Shown here: piece after piece, positions 50,156-61,700 of the stretch | Layout: every line of letters starts with the position of its first letter | How positions within the stretch are numbered: the stretch's first letter is position 1 | Source of the DNA: Alphaproteobacteria bacterium | GTDB taxonomy: Bacteria > Pseudomonadota > Alphaproteobacteria > UBA828 | Direction: 5' to 3' | Length of the DNA: 64,000 nucleotides | Assembly (NCBI GenBank): GCA_965237415.1 | Contig: CBDEFM010000002.1 | Coordinates: forward strand, 1,696,001 to 1,760,000 | Program-made: the position numbers and the translations under genes | Notes under the pieces: model-generated | Database searches by the model: none | Seen by the model: only the letters and a program-made list of their open reading frames with translations | What the model was told of the DNA's origin: nothing

Positions 50156-52264
50156 GTGCTGAGGAACGTGGACGGCGTGCGCGCCCATCTCGGCGCGGCA
50201 TGGGCCGCCGAGCGTCAGCGTGTGTTCCTCTGGGTGCCGGTCCTCTTTGGCGCGGGCGGCGGCCTCTATCTCACGCTACCGGTGGAGCCGATCGGATGGA
50301 TCGCGCCGGCCGCCGCGGGGCTCTTCGCGCTCGCGGCGCTGCTGCTGCGCCGACACACTGCTCCGGCTCTCGGACTCGCGGCGCTGGCACTGCTCGCCGC
50401 CGGGGTCGCCGCCGCCGACTGGCGCACCGACCGCGTCAGCGCGCCGGTGCTCGCCGGCCCCATCGGCCCGACCGACGTTTCCGGGCGTGTGGTCTGGGTC
50501 GGTGCCGGCGACGGCCCTCAGCGTTACCTCCTGGATCGCGTGAGCATCGGGGGCCTGGCAGCGGCGGAGACGCCCGCGCGCGTGCGGATCAGCGCTCGCA
50601 GCACGGTCCCGGACGACGTGGGCGTGCCGGGATCGTGGCTCACGGCGCGCGCTTCGCTCAGGCCGCCGCCGGCACCGGCCGAACCCGGGGCGTGGGACTT
50701 CGCGCGGCAGGCGTGGTTCCAGCGGATCGGCGCCGTCGGCTTCGTTTACGGTGCGCCGACGCCGATGGCCGCGCCTGAGGGTGAAGGCGGCGGCTTGCTC
50801 TCGCTGCTGTCGCAAGCCCGCCACTGGGTCTCCGCGCGGATTCTCGCTCACACCGCACCGTCGGCCGGGCCGTTCGCGACGGCGCTACTCACCGGCGATC
50901 GGAGTTCCATCGAGAAGAAGACGCTGAGCGCGATGCGGGATTCCGGCCTCGCCCATCTTCTGGCGATCTCGGGGCTTCATGTCGGCCTCGTCGCCGGGTT
51001 CATCTTCTTCGCCGCACGCGGCCTGCTGGCGCTGATCGAGCCGGTCGCGCTCAGGATGCCGATCAAAAAATGGGCGGCGGGATGCGCACTGCTCGGCGCT
51101 GCGGCCTATCTGCTGCTATCCGGCATGAGCGTGCCGACACAGCGGGCGTTCCTCATGGTTTCTGTCGTGCTGCTCGCGATCATGCTGGACCGCGCGAGCC
51201 TTTCAATGCGCCTGATCGCCTGGGCGGCGCTCCTGGTGCTTGCGATCGCGCCCGAGAGCATGCTCGGGCCGAGCTTCCAGATGTCCTTCGCTGCGGCGAC
51301 TGCGCTGATCGCGACCTACGAAGCGGCGCGTGGCACCTTCGCCCGCCTGGCGGCGCGCGGCGGTCTCGCGCTCCGCCCCCTCGTCTACGCGGCAGGCGTG
51401 TTGCTCACCTCCCTGGTCGCTGGCATCGCCACCGGCCCGTTCGCGGTCTACCACTTCAACCGTATCGCCGACTACGGCCTCCTCGCCAATCTGGGCGCGG
51501 TGCCGATCACCGGTTTCTGGATCATGCCCTGGGGGCTGGTTGCGCTTCTGCTCATGCCGTTCGGGCTCGAAGGGATAGCGCTCGCTCCGATGGGGTGGGG
51601 AATCGACGCGGTGGTGTGGATCGCCCGCCAGGTGGCCGCGCAGCCGGGGGCGGTCACGCTCGTACCGGCGATGCCGGCGGCGGCCCTGCTTGCGATCGCG
51701 GTGGGCGGCCTGTGGCTCTGCCTCTGGCGAAGCCGCTGGCGCTTTCTCGGCATCGCAGTCATTGGCTGCGGGATGGTGATCGCGGGCCTGGAACGCCGGC
51801 CAGACATCTTGGTCGACGGAGACGCAAAGGTGATGGCGGTGCGCGGCGAGGACGGGGAGCTTTGGCTCTCCACCCGTCAACGGGGGCGCTTCGTGAGCAA
51901 CGTCTGGCTCAGGCGGGACGGGCAGGCGGAGACACCGACCTGGCCGCGAGACGGCGAAGGCGCGCCTGCTGCCGGCCTTCGCTGCGATACGCTCGGGTGC
52001 ATTCAGCGGCGCGGGGAGAGAACCATCGCGTTCGTGCGCGATCCGCGCGCTTTCGACGAAGACTGCAGCCAAGCCGATCTCGTCGTCAGCACCGTCCCGG
52101 CCTGGAACCTTTGCCCCGGTCCCGAGACGGTGGTGGACCGATTCGACCTTTGGCGCGGCGGCAGCCACGCGATATGGCTCGCGCCGGACGGGGTCCGTGT
52201 GGAAAGCGTGGCTGAGTCGCGCGGGAAGCGGCCGTGGGTCGCCCGCCGCGGTTCGCCTCAGTAG
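50156..52264 (+). CDS. comEC: ComEC/Rec2 family competence protein
   Basis: [34 protein letters not shown]; start approximate. Confidence 0.92.
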   Translation: MLRNVDGVRAHLGAAWAAERQRVFLWVPVLFGAGGGLYLTLPVEPIGWIAPAAAGLFALAALLLRRHTAPALGLAALALLAAGVAAADWRTDRVSAPVLAGPIGPTDVSGRVVWVGAGDGPQRYLLDRVSIGGLAAAETPARVRISARSTVPDDVGVPGSWLTARASLRPPPAPAEPGAWDFARQAWFQRIGAVGFVYGAPTPMAAPEGEGGGLLSLLSQARHWVSARILAHTAPSAGPFATALLTGDRSSIEKKTLSAMRDSGLAHLLAISGLHVGLVAGFIFFAARGLLALIEPVALRMPIKKWAAGCALLGAAAYLLLSGMSVPTQRAFLMVSVVLLAIMLDRASLSMRLIAWAALLVLAIAPESMLGPSFQMSFAAATALIATYEAARGTFARLAARGGLALRPLVYAAGVLLTSLVAGIATGPFAVYHFNRIADYGLLANLGAVPITGFWIMPWGLVALLLMPFGLEGIALAPMGWGIDAVVWIARQVAAQPGAVTLVPAMPAAALLAIAVGGLWLCLWRSRWRFLGIAVIGCGMVIAGLERRPDILVDGDAKVMAVRGEDGELWLSTRQRGRFVSNVWLRRDGQAETPTWPRDGEGAPAAGLRCDTLGCIQRRGERTIAFVRDPRAFDEDCSQADLVVSTVPAWNLCPGPETVVDRFDLWRGGSHAIWLAPDGVRVESVAESRGKRPWVARRGSPQ

Positions 52265-52965
52265 CGGCGAAGGATGCCCTTGAGCTGCCCCTGAACCTTG
52301 ACCCGGCCGGGGCCGAAGATTCGCGTCTCGAAGCGCTTGTTCGCGGGCTCCAGCGCGATCGACTCGCCCTTCCGGCGCAGCCGCTTGAGCGTCACCTCGC
52401 TGTCGTCGACCAGGGCCACGACGATGGCACCGTTCTCGGCTGTCTCGCACCGCTCGATCACGGCGGTATCGCCATCGAGAATTCCGGCTTCGATCATCGA
52501 ATCGCCATCGACTTCCAGCGCGTAATGCTCACCCGCGCCCAGCATCGTGCCGGGGACATCGGTATGGTTGGTCTCGTCGCGCAATGCCTCGATGGGCGTA
52601 CCGGCAGCGATGCGGCCATAGAGCGGTAGCGCCACGCTGGCCCGATCGTCGGACGGGCGCTCGGTCCCCCGCCCGGAGCGGAAATCGCCCTTGATGACGC
52701 TCGGCCGAAAGCGCCGGCCCGGCTGCCGCTCCGGCCCGCTGGCGGCTCGCGACGGCGGCGGCCGCAATACCTCCAGCGCCCGCGCCCGATGCGGCAACCG
52801 TCGCAGGAACCCACGCTCCTCAAGCGCCTTGACGAGCCGGTGGATGCCGGATTTGGACTTGAGGTTGACCGCTTCCTTCATCTCTTCGAACGAGGGTGCG
52901 ATCCCCCGGCTGTCGAGATAGGAATCAATGAACAGCAGGAGCTCTTTCTGTTTCTTGGTCAGCAT
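52258..52965 (-). CDS. lexA: SOS repressor LexA
   Basis: [29 protein letters not shown] (Ala-Gly cleavage site), GDSM, VTLKR. Confidence 0.97.
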   Translation of the reverse strand: MLTKKQKELLLFIDSYLDSRGIAPSFEEMKEAVNLKSKSGIHRLVKALEERGFLRRLPHRARALEVLRPPPSRAASGPERQPGRRFRPSVIKGDFRSGRGTERPSDDRASVALPLYGRIAAGTPIEALRDETNHTDVPGTMLGAGEHYALEVDGDSMIEAGILDGDTAVIERCETAENGAIVVALVDDSEVTLKRLRRKGESIALEPANKRFETRIFGPGRVKVQGQLKGILRRY

Positions 52966-52984
52966 CGCAAGATCTCCATAGGCC

Positions 52985-53039
52985 GAACAAAGGGGCAACT
53001 GGCGCTTTTTGTTCTAGTTTGGTTCGCCAGCCATGTCAA
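52985..53039 (-). promoter_or_regulatory. lexA sigma70 promoter with alphaproteobacterial SOS boxes
   Basis: GTTC-N7-GTTC at 53011-53025 and near-consensus GAAC-N7-CAAC at 52985-52999; minus strand TTGACA-17 bp-TAGAAC (53039-53011). Confidence 0.88.
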
Positions 53040-53182
53040 GAGGCGTGCCTGACCGTTCTCCCACAGGGCCAACTCCATCGACAGAAGCGGTCAATCAATG
53101 CGCTACCAAGACGACCCAATGCACTTGCTGGCGACAGTCCGGTCAGCCCGGAATGCCCGCCAGGATCATGATCCGCAAGGAA

Positions 53183-53686
53183 TTATCTCTGCCAGGTGCA
53201 GTCGGCGATCATGACGACCCAGTTGTCAGGCAAGTAGTCGACGTCGTAGGTGCAACTTCCGCTGATGCCCTCATAGGCACCGGTGCCGCCCAGAATCTCC
53301 ATTGTGCCCGGGCCGCCGCTGCCTGCTTCGACGTCGCCCTCGCGCCGCTTCGAGAGCGTGTACCACTTGTCGCCCGACGGGGCGGTCGTCTCGCACGGCA
53401 CCTCCAGCTCGAAACCCGCCTCCGAGCGCTTGATGTTGACCACGCAGGTCGCGCGGTCGTGCGTGCCCTCGACGAAGGGCTCGCCGCTGCTCTGGAGGAT
53501 GGTGACCGCGCCCTCCAGGGCGCCGCCGGTGACGCGTACGCCGCCATGGTCGATCGTGGTGTAGTCCTGGACGTAGGTGCGAATGATGCGGAGGGCTCCG
53601 CTCTCCTCGGCTGTGGCCGTGTGCGCCACGCACATGATCCCTGCCCCGACGACCAGCGCTGCGGCCGCTTTCTTCGCCGAAACCAT
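53183..53686 (-). CDS. Secreted hypothetical protein, predicted beta-rich, four Cys in the mature part
   Basis: Signal peptide ending ATA; ILGGTGAYEGISGSC motif. Confidence 0.7.
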   Translation of the reverse strand: MVSAKKAAAALVVGAGIMCVAHTATAEESGALRIIRTYVQDYTTIDHGGVRVTGGALEGAVTILQSSGEPFVEGTHDRATCVVNIKRSEAGFELEVPCETTAPSGDKWYTLSKRREGDVEAGSGGPGTMEILGGTGAYEGISGSCTYDVDYLPDNWVVMIADCTWQR

Positions 53687-53833
53687 CCTGGTCCTCGCCT
53701 GACGGATGATGAGTGGCGGAATGGCATGAGCGTGCGCGCCACCGGCGCAACCGCAACCGGAGGTGGCGGCGGGTGCAGGCTGAGCGGCGGCGCATGTCGC
53801 GCGTCCACGCGGGCAGGGGCGCGCAATGCGCCG

Positions 53834-54451
53834 TCAGCCGTCGTCCGCAGACTTTCGGGGGCGACCGCTCAGGGCATCGAGCTGAGCCTGCATCTTGTCG
53901 AGCCTGTCGAGGACGGCGCCGACATCGGCCTCATCCTCGCCGCCCGTCTCGGGCTTCGGCTCCGTCCGCCGCTCGCCGGGGGGAACGCCCGCGAACATCT
54001 CCATGGTGCGCTGCATCAACGCAATATTGCGCTCGGCCATGGCCTCGAATTCGTCGACCGGGAATATGCCGCCGAAGGTCTCGTTCATCCGCTCGCGGAT
54101 GTCGCCCCGATTGCGGACGAAGGTCTCCATGGCGACTTCGAGATAGCGGGGAACGAACGCCTGGACGTTATCGCCGTAGAGCTGGATCAGCTGCCGAAGG
54201 AAGCTGAGCGGGAGCATATTCTGCCCCTTGGCCTCCTGCTCGACGATGATCTGGGTGAGCACCTGGCGGGTGATGTCGTCGCCGGTCCTCGCGTCGCGGA
54301 CGACGAAATCCTCGCCGCTCCGCACCATGTCGCAGAGCTTGTCGAGGGTCACATAGCTGCTGGTGGCGGTGTTGTAGAGCCGCCGATTGGCGTACTTCTT
54401 GATGGTGACGATTTCGGGGGCAGCCTCGCCCGCTCCGTCGCTCTCAGCCAT
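53834..54451 (-). CDS. phaR: Polyhydroxyalkanoate synthesis repressor PhaR
   Basis: IKKYANRRLYNTATSSYVTL, DITRQVLTQII, LPLSFLRQLI. Confidence 0.94.
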   Translation of the reverse strand: MAESDGAGEAAPEIVTIKKYANRRLYNTATSSYVTLDKLCDMVRSGEDFVVRDARTGDDITRQVLTQIIVEQEAKGQNMLPLSFLRQLIQLYGDNVQAFVPRYLEVAMETFVRNRGDIRERMNETFGGIFPVDEFEAMAERNIALMQRTMEMFAGVPPGERRTEPKPETGGEDEADVGAVLDRLDKMQAQLDALSGRPRKSADDG

Positions 54452-54471
54452 CTCGCTCGCCCTCGCTCGGG

Positions 54472-56211
54472 CTATTCCGCAGCCTCCGGCAGCGGCGCGT
54501 CCTCGCCGTAGCGCGCAACCCAGGACGGCTCGTAGCCGTAGTCTCGCGCCGCAGCCTCGGCGCTGACATAGCCCTCCAGCACGTCCTCGACCACTGCACG
54601 CGGGTCGCGCTCGCGCGGCTCGCCGTAGCCGCCTCCGCCCGGCGCCTTGACCGAGACCCGCTCGCCGGGGCGGATTGGCACATTCGAGTACTTGCTGGTG
54701 GAGATCTTGCCAAACGCCGCGCCGACCGTGGTCCAGCGGTTGGCGCCTTCCTCCCGGTAGAGGGTGGCGCCCGGAATGCCGGAACCGCCCCCGTAGAGGC
54801 CCCAGGCGACCTTTTTGTGCTTGTTGGTCATCTGGCTGATCGTCACCTCGCCGGTGCAGAGCATGGTCTTGGAGATGCTCAAGCCCCCTCGATGCGCTCC
54901 GGCGCCGCCCGAATCCGGACGCAGCGCATATTCCTCGACGATCCACGGGAACCGCGTCTCGAACACCTCGGTCGGCGTGTTGGCACAATTGCCGTTGATC
55001 GAATCCGTGGCGTCGTTGCCATCGGCAAAGCTGCGCCCGCCATAGCCGACATAGGAGAAATCGAAGGCGCCGATGGGCTCGTCGTTGCGCTTGTCGTAGC
55101 CGCCGAAGACAAAGCAGCCGTGGGTGGTGCCTTCCGAGGCCATTACGCGGTCGGGCGCCGCCGGCGCCATGGCGCCCAGGATGATGGCGACGATGAGCGG
55201 ATGGGTCTCGGTATTGCCGCCCACCTCGGAGCCGGGATAGTTCACGTTCATCACGGAGCCGGCCGGTGCAATCACCCGGATCGGGCGGAAGCACCCCGAG
55301 TTCTTCGGAATTGTCTGGTCGGTGAGGTGCAGCATGGCGTTGTAGGAGGCCGACCAGGCGACGCCGAGGGTGGCGTTGATCGGCCCCAGTGCCTGCGCCG
55401 AGGAGCCGGTGTAGTCGATCACGACTTCGTCGCCCTGGACGTGAACGGCGCAGCGGATGGTGAACTCCTTGTCCTCAATGCCGTCATCCTCCAGCCCGTC
55501 CTCGAAGCGGTAGCAGCCGTCGGGGAAGGCCCCGATCTCGGCCCGCATGCGAGATTCGGAATAGTCCATGAGGTCGATGACGGTGCGGCGGAAGGTCTCG
55601 CGGCCGTACTTGCCGATCAGCTCCTTCATCCGCGCCTCGCCGAGATCGACGGCGGAGATCAGCGCCCGGATGTCGCCATAGTTCTGGCGCGGGGTGCGGA
55701 CGTTGGCGAGCATCAGCTTCCAGACCTCGACCACGTCCTCGCCGCGCTTCTTGATCTTGACCGGGGGCACGCGCAGCCCCTCGTGGAAGATCTCGGTGGC
55801 CTCGCCGGGGAAGCCGCCGGGCACCATTCCGCCGGTCTCGACGAAGTGGCCGATGGCGACGGCGAAGCCCATTGGCTCGCCGTCGACGAAGATCGCCTTG
55901 AACATAGTGTGCTCGGGCGTATGCAGGCCGCCCCGGTAAGGATCGTTGTGGACGATCACGTCGCCCTCGTCGATCTCGGAGAGCGAAATCTCCTTCACCA
56001 TCGAGCGCACGAGCAGGGGCACGCCGCCGATCTGCGCGGGGCAGAATTCGGCTACGGCGATCATCTCGCCTTCGGTGTTGGCCAGCGCGCAGGTGAAATC
56101 TTCGGCTTCGGAGAAGATCGTGGAATAGGCGGTCTTCTGCACGTTGACGCCCATCTCGCGGCAAATCGCGACCATGGCGGATTCGATGATGTTCATCGTG
56201 ACCATGTCCAT
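54472..56211 (-). CDS. Hydantoinase B/oxoprolinase family protein
   Basis: TAYSTIFSE, HNDPYRGGLH, EIFHEG, DSGGAG.HRGG, PGGGGYG. Confidence 0.92.
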   Translation of the reverse strand: MDMVTMNIIESAMVAICREMGVNVQKTAYSTIFSEAEDFTCALANTEGEMIAVAEFCPAQIGGVPLLVRSMVKEISLSEIDEGDVIVHNDPYRGGLHTPEHTMFKAIFVDGEPMGFAVAIGHFVETGGMVPGGFPGEATEIFHEGLRVPPVKIKKRGEDVVEVWKLMLANVRTPRQNYGDIRALISAVDLGEARMKELIGKYGRETFRRTVIDLMDYSESRMRAEIGAFPDGCYRFEDGLEDDGIEDKEFTIRCAVHVQGDEVVIDYTGSSAQALGPINATLGVAWSASYNAMLHLTDQTIPKNSGCFRPIRVIAPAGSVMNVNYPGSEVGGNTETHPLIVAIILGAMAPAAPDRVMASEGTTHGCFVFGGYDKRNDEPIGAFDFSYVGYGGRSFADGNDATDSINGNCANTPTEVFETRFPWIVEEYALRPDSGGAGAHRGGLSISKTMLCTGEVTISQMTNKHKKVAWGLYGGGSGIPGATLYREEGANRWTTVGAAFGKISTSKYSNVPIRPGERVSVKAPGGGGYGEPRERDPRAVVEDVLEGYVSAEAAARDYGYEPSWVARYGEDAPLPEAAE

Positions 56212-56253
56212 GACGGGTTCCTTTCCCTCCCGCGCGTGGGCCTGGATCGGGGC

Positions 56254-58293
56254 TCAGGCCTGGCGCGCGATCTCGCCGATCAGGATGTTACCGTAACGAT
56301 CGATCCATACCGGCTGGCCGGGGCGGACGACGGTGACCGAGGCGGGCTCCTCGATCAGCGCAGGGCCCTCGAAGCTGTGCCCCTCGCGGAGCGCGGCACG
56401 ATCATGGATCGGGGTCTCCACCCAGCCCTCCTCAAAGAGCACCCGCCGCCTGCTCGCCGGCGACGGCTCGCCCTCGGCCGGGCCGACTTCGGCAAGCCGC
56501 GGCTTATCGGTCACCGAGACGGCCGTGACCTTGACCGATGTCATCTCGATTTTCTCACCCGGAATATCGAAATTGAAGCGATCCCGGTGCGCCCGATGGA
56601 AGGCCTCCCATAGCCCCGGCAACGTGGTCTCGTCGAAGCGGTCGAAGGCGATGGGCACGTCGAGCTCGTGGTTCTGCCCGAGATAGCGCATCTCCAACGA
56701 CCGGAGGATCTCGATGTTCTCGGTGTAGCCCTGTTGCTCGAGCGCGGCGATGCCTTCGCGGATCAGGTCCGAGAGCACGCGATTGGCATGGTCCTCGTCG
56801 AAGGCGGCCGAGGTCATCTGCGCTGTCCGCTCCAGGTCGACCCGCGCGTCGGTCATCAGAAAACCGAAGGCCGAGAACTGGCCAGGATGGTTGGGCACGA
56901 TGCCGCTCGGAATGTTGGCGTGGACCATGAGGTCAGCGACGTGGACCGGCCCCGCGCCGCCGAATGCCAGAAGCGTGAAGTCGCGCGGGTCGAGGCCACG
57001 CTCGGTCAGCACCGAGCGCAGCGCGCCGATCATGTTGTTGTTGGCGATCTGCACCATGGCGAGCGCGGTCTCTTCGACCGGCTTGTCGATGGCGCTTGCG
57101 ACCACAGCGATCGCCGACTCTGCGGCATCCGGGTCGAGCGCCATGGCACCGCCGAGAAAGTTCGCAGGATTGATGCGGCCGAGTGCGAGGTTGGCGTCGG
57201 TCGCGGTCGCCTGGGTGCCGCCGAGGCCGTAGCAGGCGGGCCCCGGGTTGGCGCCGGCGCTTTCCGGCCCCATGCGCAGCATGCCGCCCTTGTCGATCCA
57301 GGCGAGCGAGCCGCCGCCCGCGCCCATGGTGCGGATATCGATCATGGGGATCTGGATCGGCAGGCCGAACTCGATCTCAAAGCTCGTGGTAAAGCTCTCC
57401 TGGCCGCCCACCACGGTGGAAACGTCGGTGGACGTGCCGCCCATGTCGAGGGTGACCAGGTGATCGACGCCGACGCTGCGGGCGATCTGCTTGGCGCCCA
57501 CAACGCCCCCGGTGGGGCCGGAGAGGGTCATCTGAATGGGGTGGCGGGCGGCCTCCTCCAGAGTCATCTCGCCGCCGTTGGACTTGATCGCGGCGACCTG
57601 ACGGGTGATGCCCTTCTCGTCGAGCCGCGACCGCATGGTGCCGAGATGGCGGCCCACGACGGGCTTGATGTAGGCGTCGGTGATGGTGGTGGAGGAGCGT
57701 TCGAACTCCTTCCACTTGGGCAACACCTCGTAGGAAATGCTGACCGGCAGGCCCGGACATTCCTCGGCGAAGATCGCTTGAGCGGCGCGTTCATGGTCGG
57801 GCGTCACGAAGGAGAAGAGGAAGTTGATGGCGACCGCCTCGACACGGCCATGGGCCTTGATCTCGCGCGCGATGGCGCGCACCCGGTCGGTATCCAGCGC
57901 ACGATAGACCTCGCCCCTGGCCAGGATCCGCTCATCCACTTCGTAGCAGTGGCGCCGCTTCACCAGCGGCTTGGCCTTGACCCAGGTGATGTCGTAGTGG
58001 CTCTTGCGCTTGCCCCGCTGGATGAAGGGCACGTCGCGAAACCCGGTCGTGGTCAGGTAGGCGACCGTGGCGCCCTTGCGCTCGAGGATCGCGTTGGTGG
58101 CGATTGTCGTGCCGAAGCGGATGTTGCCGATGGCGCCCACATCGCCGGAGCGATCGAGGCCGTCGACGATGCCGTCCATCGGGTCGGCCGGTGTGGAAAG
58201 GGTTTTCCAGACGTCGACTGCCTGGGTTTCAGGGTCGTAGCGGACGAAATCCGTGAAGGTTCCGCCCACATCGATCCCGACCAGATCGCTCAT
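56254..58293 (-). CDS. Hydantoinase A/oxoprolinase family ATP-binding subunit
   Basis: GIDVGGTFTD, LSGP.GG, DMGGTSTD, GAGGGS, FGGAGP. Confidence 0.93.
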   Translation of the reverse strand: MSDLVGIDVGGTFTDFVRYDPETQAVDVWKTLSTPADPMDGIVDGLDRSGDVGAIGNIRFGTTIATNAILERKGATVAYLTTTGFRDVPFIQRGKRKSHYDITWVKAKPLVKRRHCYEVDERILARGEVYRALDTDRVRAIAREIKAHGRVEAVAINFLFSFVTPDHERAAQAIFAEECPGLPVSISYEVLPKWKEFERSSTTITDAYIKPVVGRHLGTMRSRLDEKGITRQVAAIKSNGGEMTLEEAARHPIQMTLSGPTGGVVGAKQIARSVGVDHLVTLDMGGTSTDVSTVVGGQESFTTSFEIEFGLPIQIPMIDIRTMGAGGGSLAWIDKGGMLRMGPESAGANPGPACYGLGGTQATATDANLALGRINPANFLGGAMALDPDAAESAIAVVASAIDKPVEETALAMVQIANNNMIGALRSVLTERGLDPRDFTLLAFGGAGPVHVADLMVHANIPSGIVPNHPGQFSAFGFLMTDARVDLERTAQMTSAAFDEDHANRVLSDLIREGIAALEQQGYTENIEILRSLEMRYLGQNHELDVPIAFDRFDETTLPGLWEAFHRAHRDRFNFDIPGEKIEMTSVKVTAVSVTDKPRLAEVGPAEGEPSPASRRRVLFEEGWVETPIHDRAALREGHSFEGPALIEEPASVTVVRPGQPVWIDRYGNILIGEIARQA

Positions 58294-58350
58294 GGTGCCC
58301 CGCCCCGTCGGCCGCTCGGTTGATCGGATGCGTGGAGCGGCGGTGCGCGC

Positions 58351-58566
58351 TCAGCCGGTCTCGTGGATGCCCTGCTTCGGCAGCGGTATGCGGGGCTGCT
58401 CGACACCGTCGGCCCGCGCCGTGAACCATTGGATGCACCAATCGGAGCAGAAGAGCTGATCGTTGCCCTTTACAGCGGCGGAGATGCCCTCGTCATAGAT
58501 GAGCACGCCGCAGTTGTCGCACTTCACATAGCGCTCGATGTAATACCCATTGTCTGAAAAGCGCAT
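58351..58566 (-). CDS. Small TRASH-like Zn-binding protein (71 aa)
   Basis: CDNCG..LFCSDWC; RBS GGAGGG upstream; precedes the hydantoinase A/B pair. Confidence 0.7.
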   Translation of the reverse strand: MRFSDNGYYIERYVKCDNCGVLIYDEGISAAVKGNDQLFCSDWCIQWFTARADGVEQPRIPLPKQGIHETG

Positions 58567-58714
58567 GCCACACCCCTCCCCGTCCGGCTCTCTCCGCCGG
58601 CCCTCAGCAAGCGCCCGGAGTGTGGAGACGATGGCCGCGCGAGTCAACGTTGCGAGGAGCGCTCCCGGCGGTGACGGTCGGCGTGTTGCAGCGCGGCGGA
58701 ACCGGACTGCAGCG

Positions 58715-61700
58715 TCACTCCGCCGCTTCGTCCGCGCCGGGCTTGTAGCCGTAGTCCCGCGCCGCCTCGGCCTCAGTGAGATAACCGCGGCTGAGGTCGG
58801 CGGCGACGCGCTGTCGGGAGCGTTCGCGCGGATCGCCCAGGCCGCCGCCGCCGGGGGTCCGCACCTGCACCGTGTCGCCCGGCGCCAGATGATAGCCCTC
58901 GCCCTTCGAGAGATGCGGCGGCTCCTCCACTTGGTTGCCGCGGCGGACCTCGATGCGGTTGACCGCGCCGGGCAGACCGCCCGCGAGGCCATGCGGGCCG
59001 GTGCGCCCGTGGTCCATCATGAACGACGCCTTCGCCTCGCCCCGTAGCAGGCGGACGCGGTAGCTCACCCCGAAGCCGCCCCGGTGCCGCCCGGCGCCGC
59101 CCGAGCCCTCCCTCAGCGCATATTCCTCGAACAGGATCGGGTAGTGCTGTTCCAGGATCTCCGCCGGCTGGGTCTTGGAGATGCCGACGGACGAGCAGCC
59201 GTTGGTGAGGCCGTCGTCTTCCCACCAGCCGCCGTAGCCGCCGCCGGAGAAGATGTACATCACGTAGCGGCGTCCCTCCTCCGGGTCGTCGCCGCCGAGG
59301 CTGAAATTGCCGCTGGTCCCGGCGGGGGCCGCGAACATGCGCTCCGGCATGGCCTGGCCCAAAGCGCCGAACACCGCCTCCATGATCCGTTGCGCCGTCT
59401 CGGCCGCGCAGCCCGAGACCGGCCTTGGGTACTCGGCATAGAGGAAGGTGTCGTGGGGCGGCGTCACGGTGATCGGGCGGAAGCAACCAGCGTTGATCGG
59501 CACGTCCGGGAAGATGTGCTTGATCGCGCAATAGACCGAGGCCAGCGTCGTCGCCCAGACCGAGTTGACCGGCCCGCGGCAGGGTGGGCTGGAGCCCTCG
59601 AAGTCGACGGAGAGGTTGCTGCCCTCCACCGTGACCCGCACACGAACCTCGAGGGGCTTATCGTCGACACCGTCGGAATCCATGTAGCTGGAGAAGACGT
59701 ACGCTCCGTCGGGAATGGACGCGATGTGAGCGCGCATCCGGCGCTCGGAACGCTCCTTGAGCACCTCGATGGCGGCGTTGACTGTCGCCTCGCCGTGCTT
59801 GTCGAGGAGTTGGGTCAGCCGCCGCTCGCCGACCGAGAGCGCTCCGATCTGGGCGCGGATGTCGCCGATGCGTTCCTCCGGCACCCGGATATTGGCGAGC
59901 ACGATCTGCAAGATGTCATCGTCGAGCACGCCGCGCCGGTGCAGCTTGACCGGCGGCAGCCTGAGCCCCTCCTGCTGGATCTCGGTCGCCTGGGAGGGGA
60001 AGCCGCCCGGCACCATGCCGCCGGTATCGGGCCAGTGGCCGGTGTTTGAGAGATAGGCCCAGAGCCGACCCTTGTAGAAGAAGGGCCGCACCATCTTCAC
60101 ATCCATCAGGTGGGTGCCGCCAAAATAGGGGTCGTTGACCAGCACGATGTCGCCGGGCTCCAGGTCGTCCCGCGCCTCGATCACCGCCTGTGTGGTGGAT
60201 TGCATGACACCGAGGAAGATCGGCAGACCGAGCTCGCCTTGCGCGATGATCTGGCCCGTGTCGGGCGCATAAATTCCGTTGGAGCGGTCGTAGGCCTCCG
60301 AGATCACCGGCGAGAACGAGGTGCGCTGATGCACCAGGTCCATCTCGCTCGCGACCTGCTCGAGGCCGCTCTCGATCACCGCAAGGGTGACCGGGTCGAG
60401 ATCGCGCTCGCCACCCTCTCCCGCCTCTTCGGCAGCCCGCGGCACAGTCAGCACGAGGTTGCCGAGGGCGTCGGCACGGGCCTCGGAGCCCGGCTCCACC
60501 AGGATCGTGGTGTCGAGCTGCTGGATGACGGCGGGGCCTGCGATCGTCGCATCGCCGGGCAATGCCTCGCGCCGGTAGATCGGCGTCTCCGCCCAGACGC
60601 CCTCGAAATAGACCGGCCGCGTCTCGATCAGAGCCGCTTCCAGCGTCGCCCCGCCGTCCTCTGGCGCGAGCGTGAGGTCGAGCGGCGGGCGGATACCGCG
60701 CACGGTGGTCCGCAGGTTGACCAGGATGGGCTGCATCTCCGGCAGCACGATGTCGAACCGCTCGCGGTAGAGCGCCGCGAAGGCATCGCGGACGGTTATC
60801 GCCCTGAAGCCCTCGTCGCCCACCGGCACGCGGAACACATGACTCTGGCCGCGGTAGAAGAGGTCCGCCTCGTGCTCGACCTCCACCCTATCGACCGTGA
60901 CTCCCTCTTCTGCGAGCAGCGCCCGGCCCTCCGCCGCCTGGTCCGCCAGGATGCTGTCGGCCGCCCCCGCGTCCACGTCCTCCAGCGGCTGATGCAGGGT
61001 GCGGACGAAGTCGTGGCGCACGTCCGCGAGCACGCAGCCGAGTGCCGACGTGATGCCGGGGAAGCGCGGCACCAAGACGTGAGGCACGCCGAGCTCGCGG
61101 GCGATGGCAGTGGCGTGCATCGGCCCCGCGCCGCCGAAGGCGAAGAGGGCGAAGTCGCGGGGGTCGTGCCCCTTGTCCACCGAGACGAGCCGCGCCGCGC
61201 CCGCCATCTGATGGTCCACCACCTTGAGGATCGCGGCGGCGGCCTCCGCCTCGTCGAGGCCCAGCGGCGCGCCGATCCGTTCGCGGACGATCCGGCGCAC
61301 ATCGTCGATATCAGGCGGGCTGTCGAGGCCGCCAATGGCGCGTGCATCGATGCGGCCCAGCAGCAGGTTGGCATCGGTCACCGTGGGCTCGCGCCCGCCC
61401 TTGCCGTAGCAAATCGGACCCGGCGCCGCGCCGGCACTCTCGGGCCCGACGCGCAGGATGCCGCCTTCGTCGACCCGTGCGATGCTGCCGCCGCCGGCGC
61501 CGATGGTCTGGATGTCCACCATGGGCACGCGGAGCGGCATGCCGTAGGCGATGTCCTTCTCCGTCGTCGTGGCCGGCACCCCACCCCGCACGATGGCGAT
61601 ATCGAAGCTGGTGCCGCCCATGTCGCAGCTGATGAGGTTGGGGAAGCCGGCGGTGGCGCCCAAACGCGCGGCGGCGATGACGCCCGCGGCCGGCCCCGAC

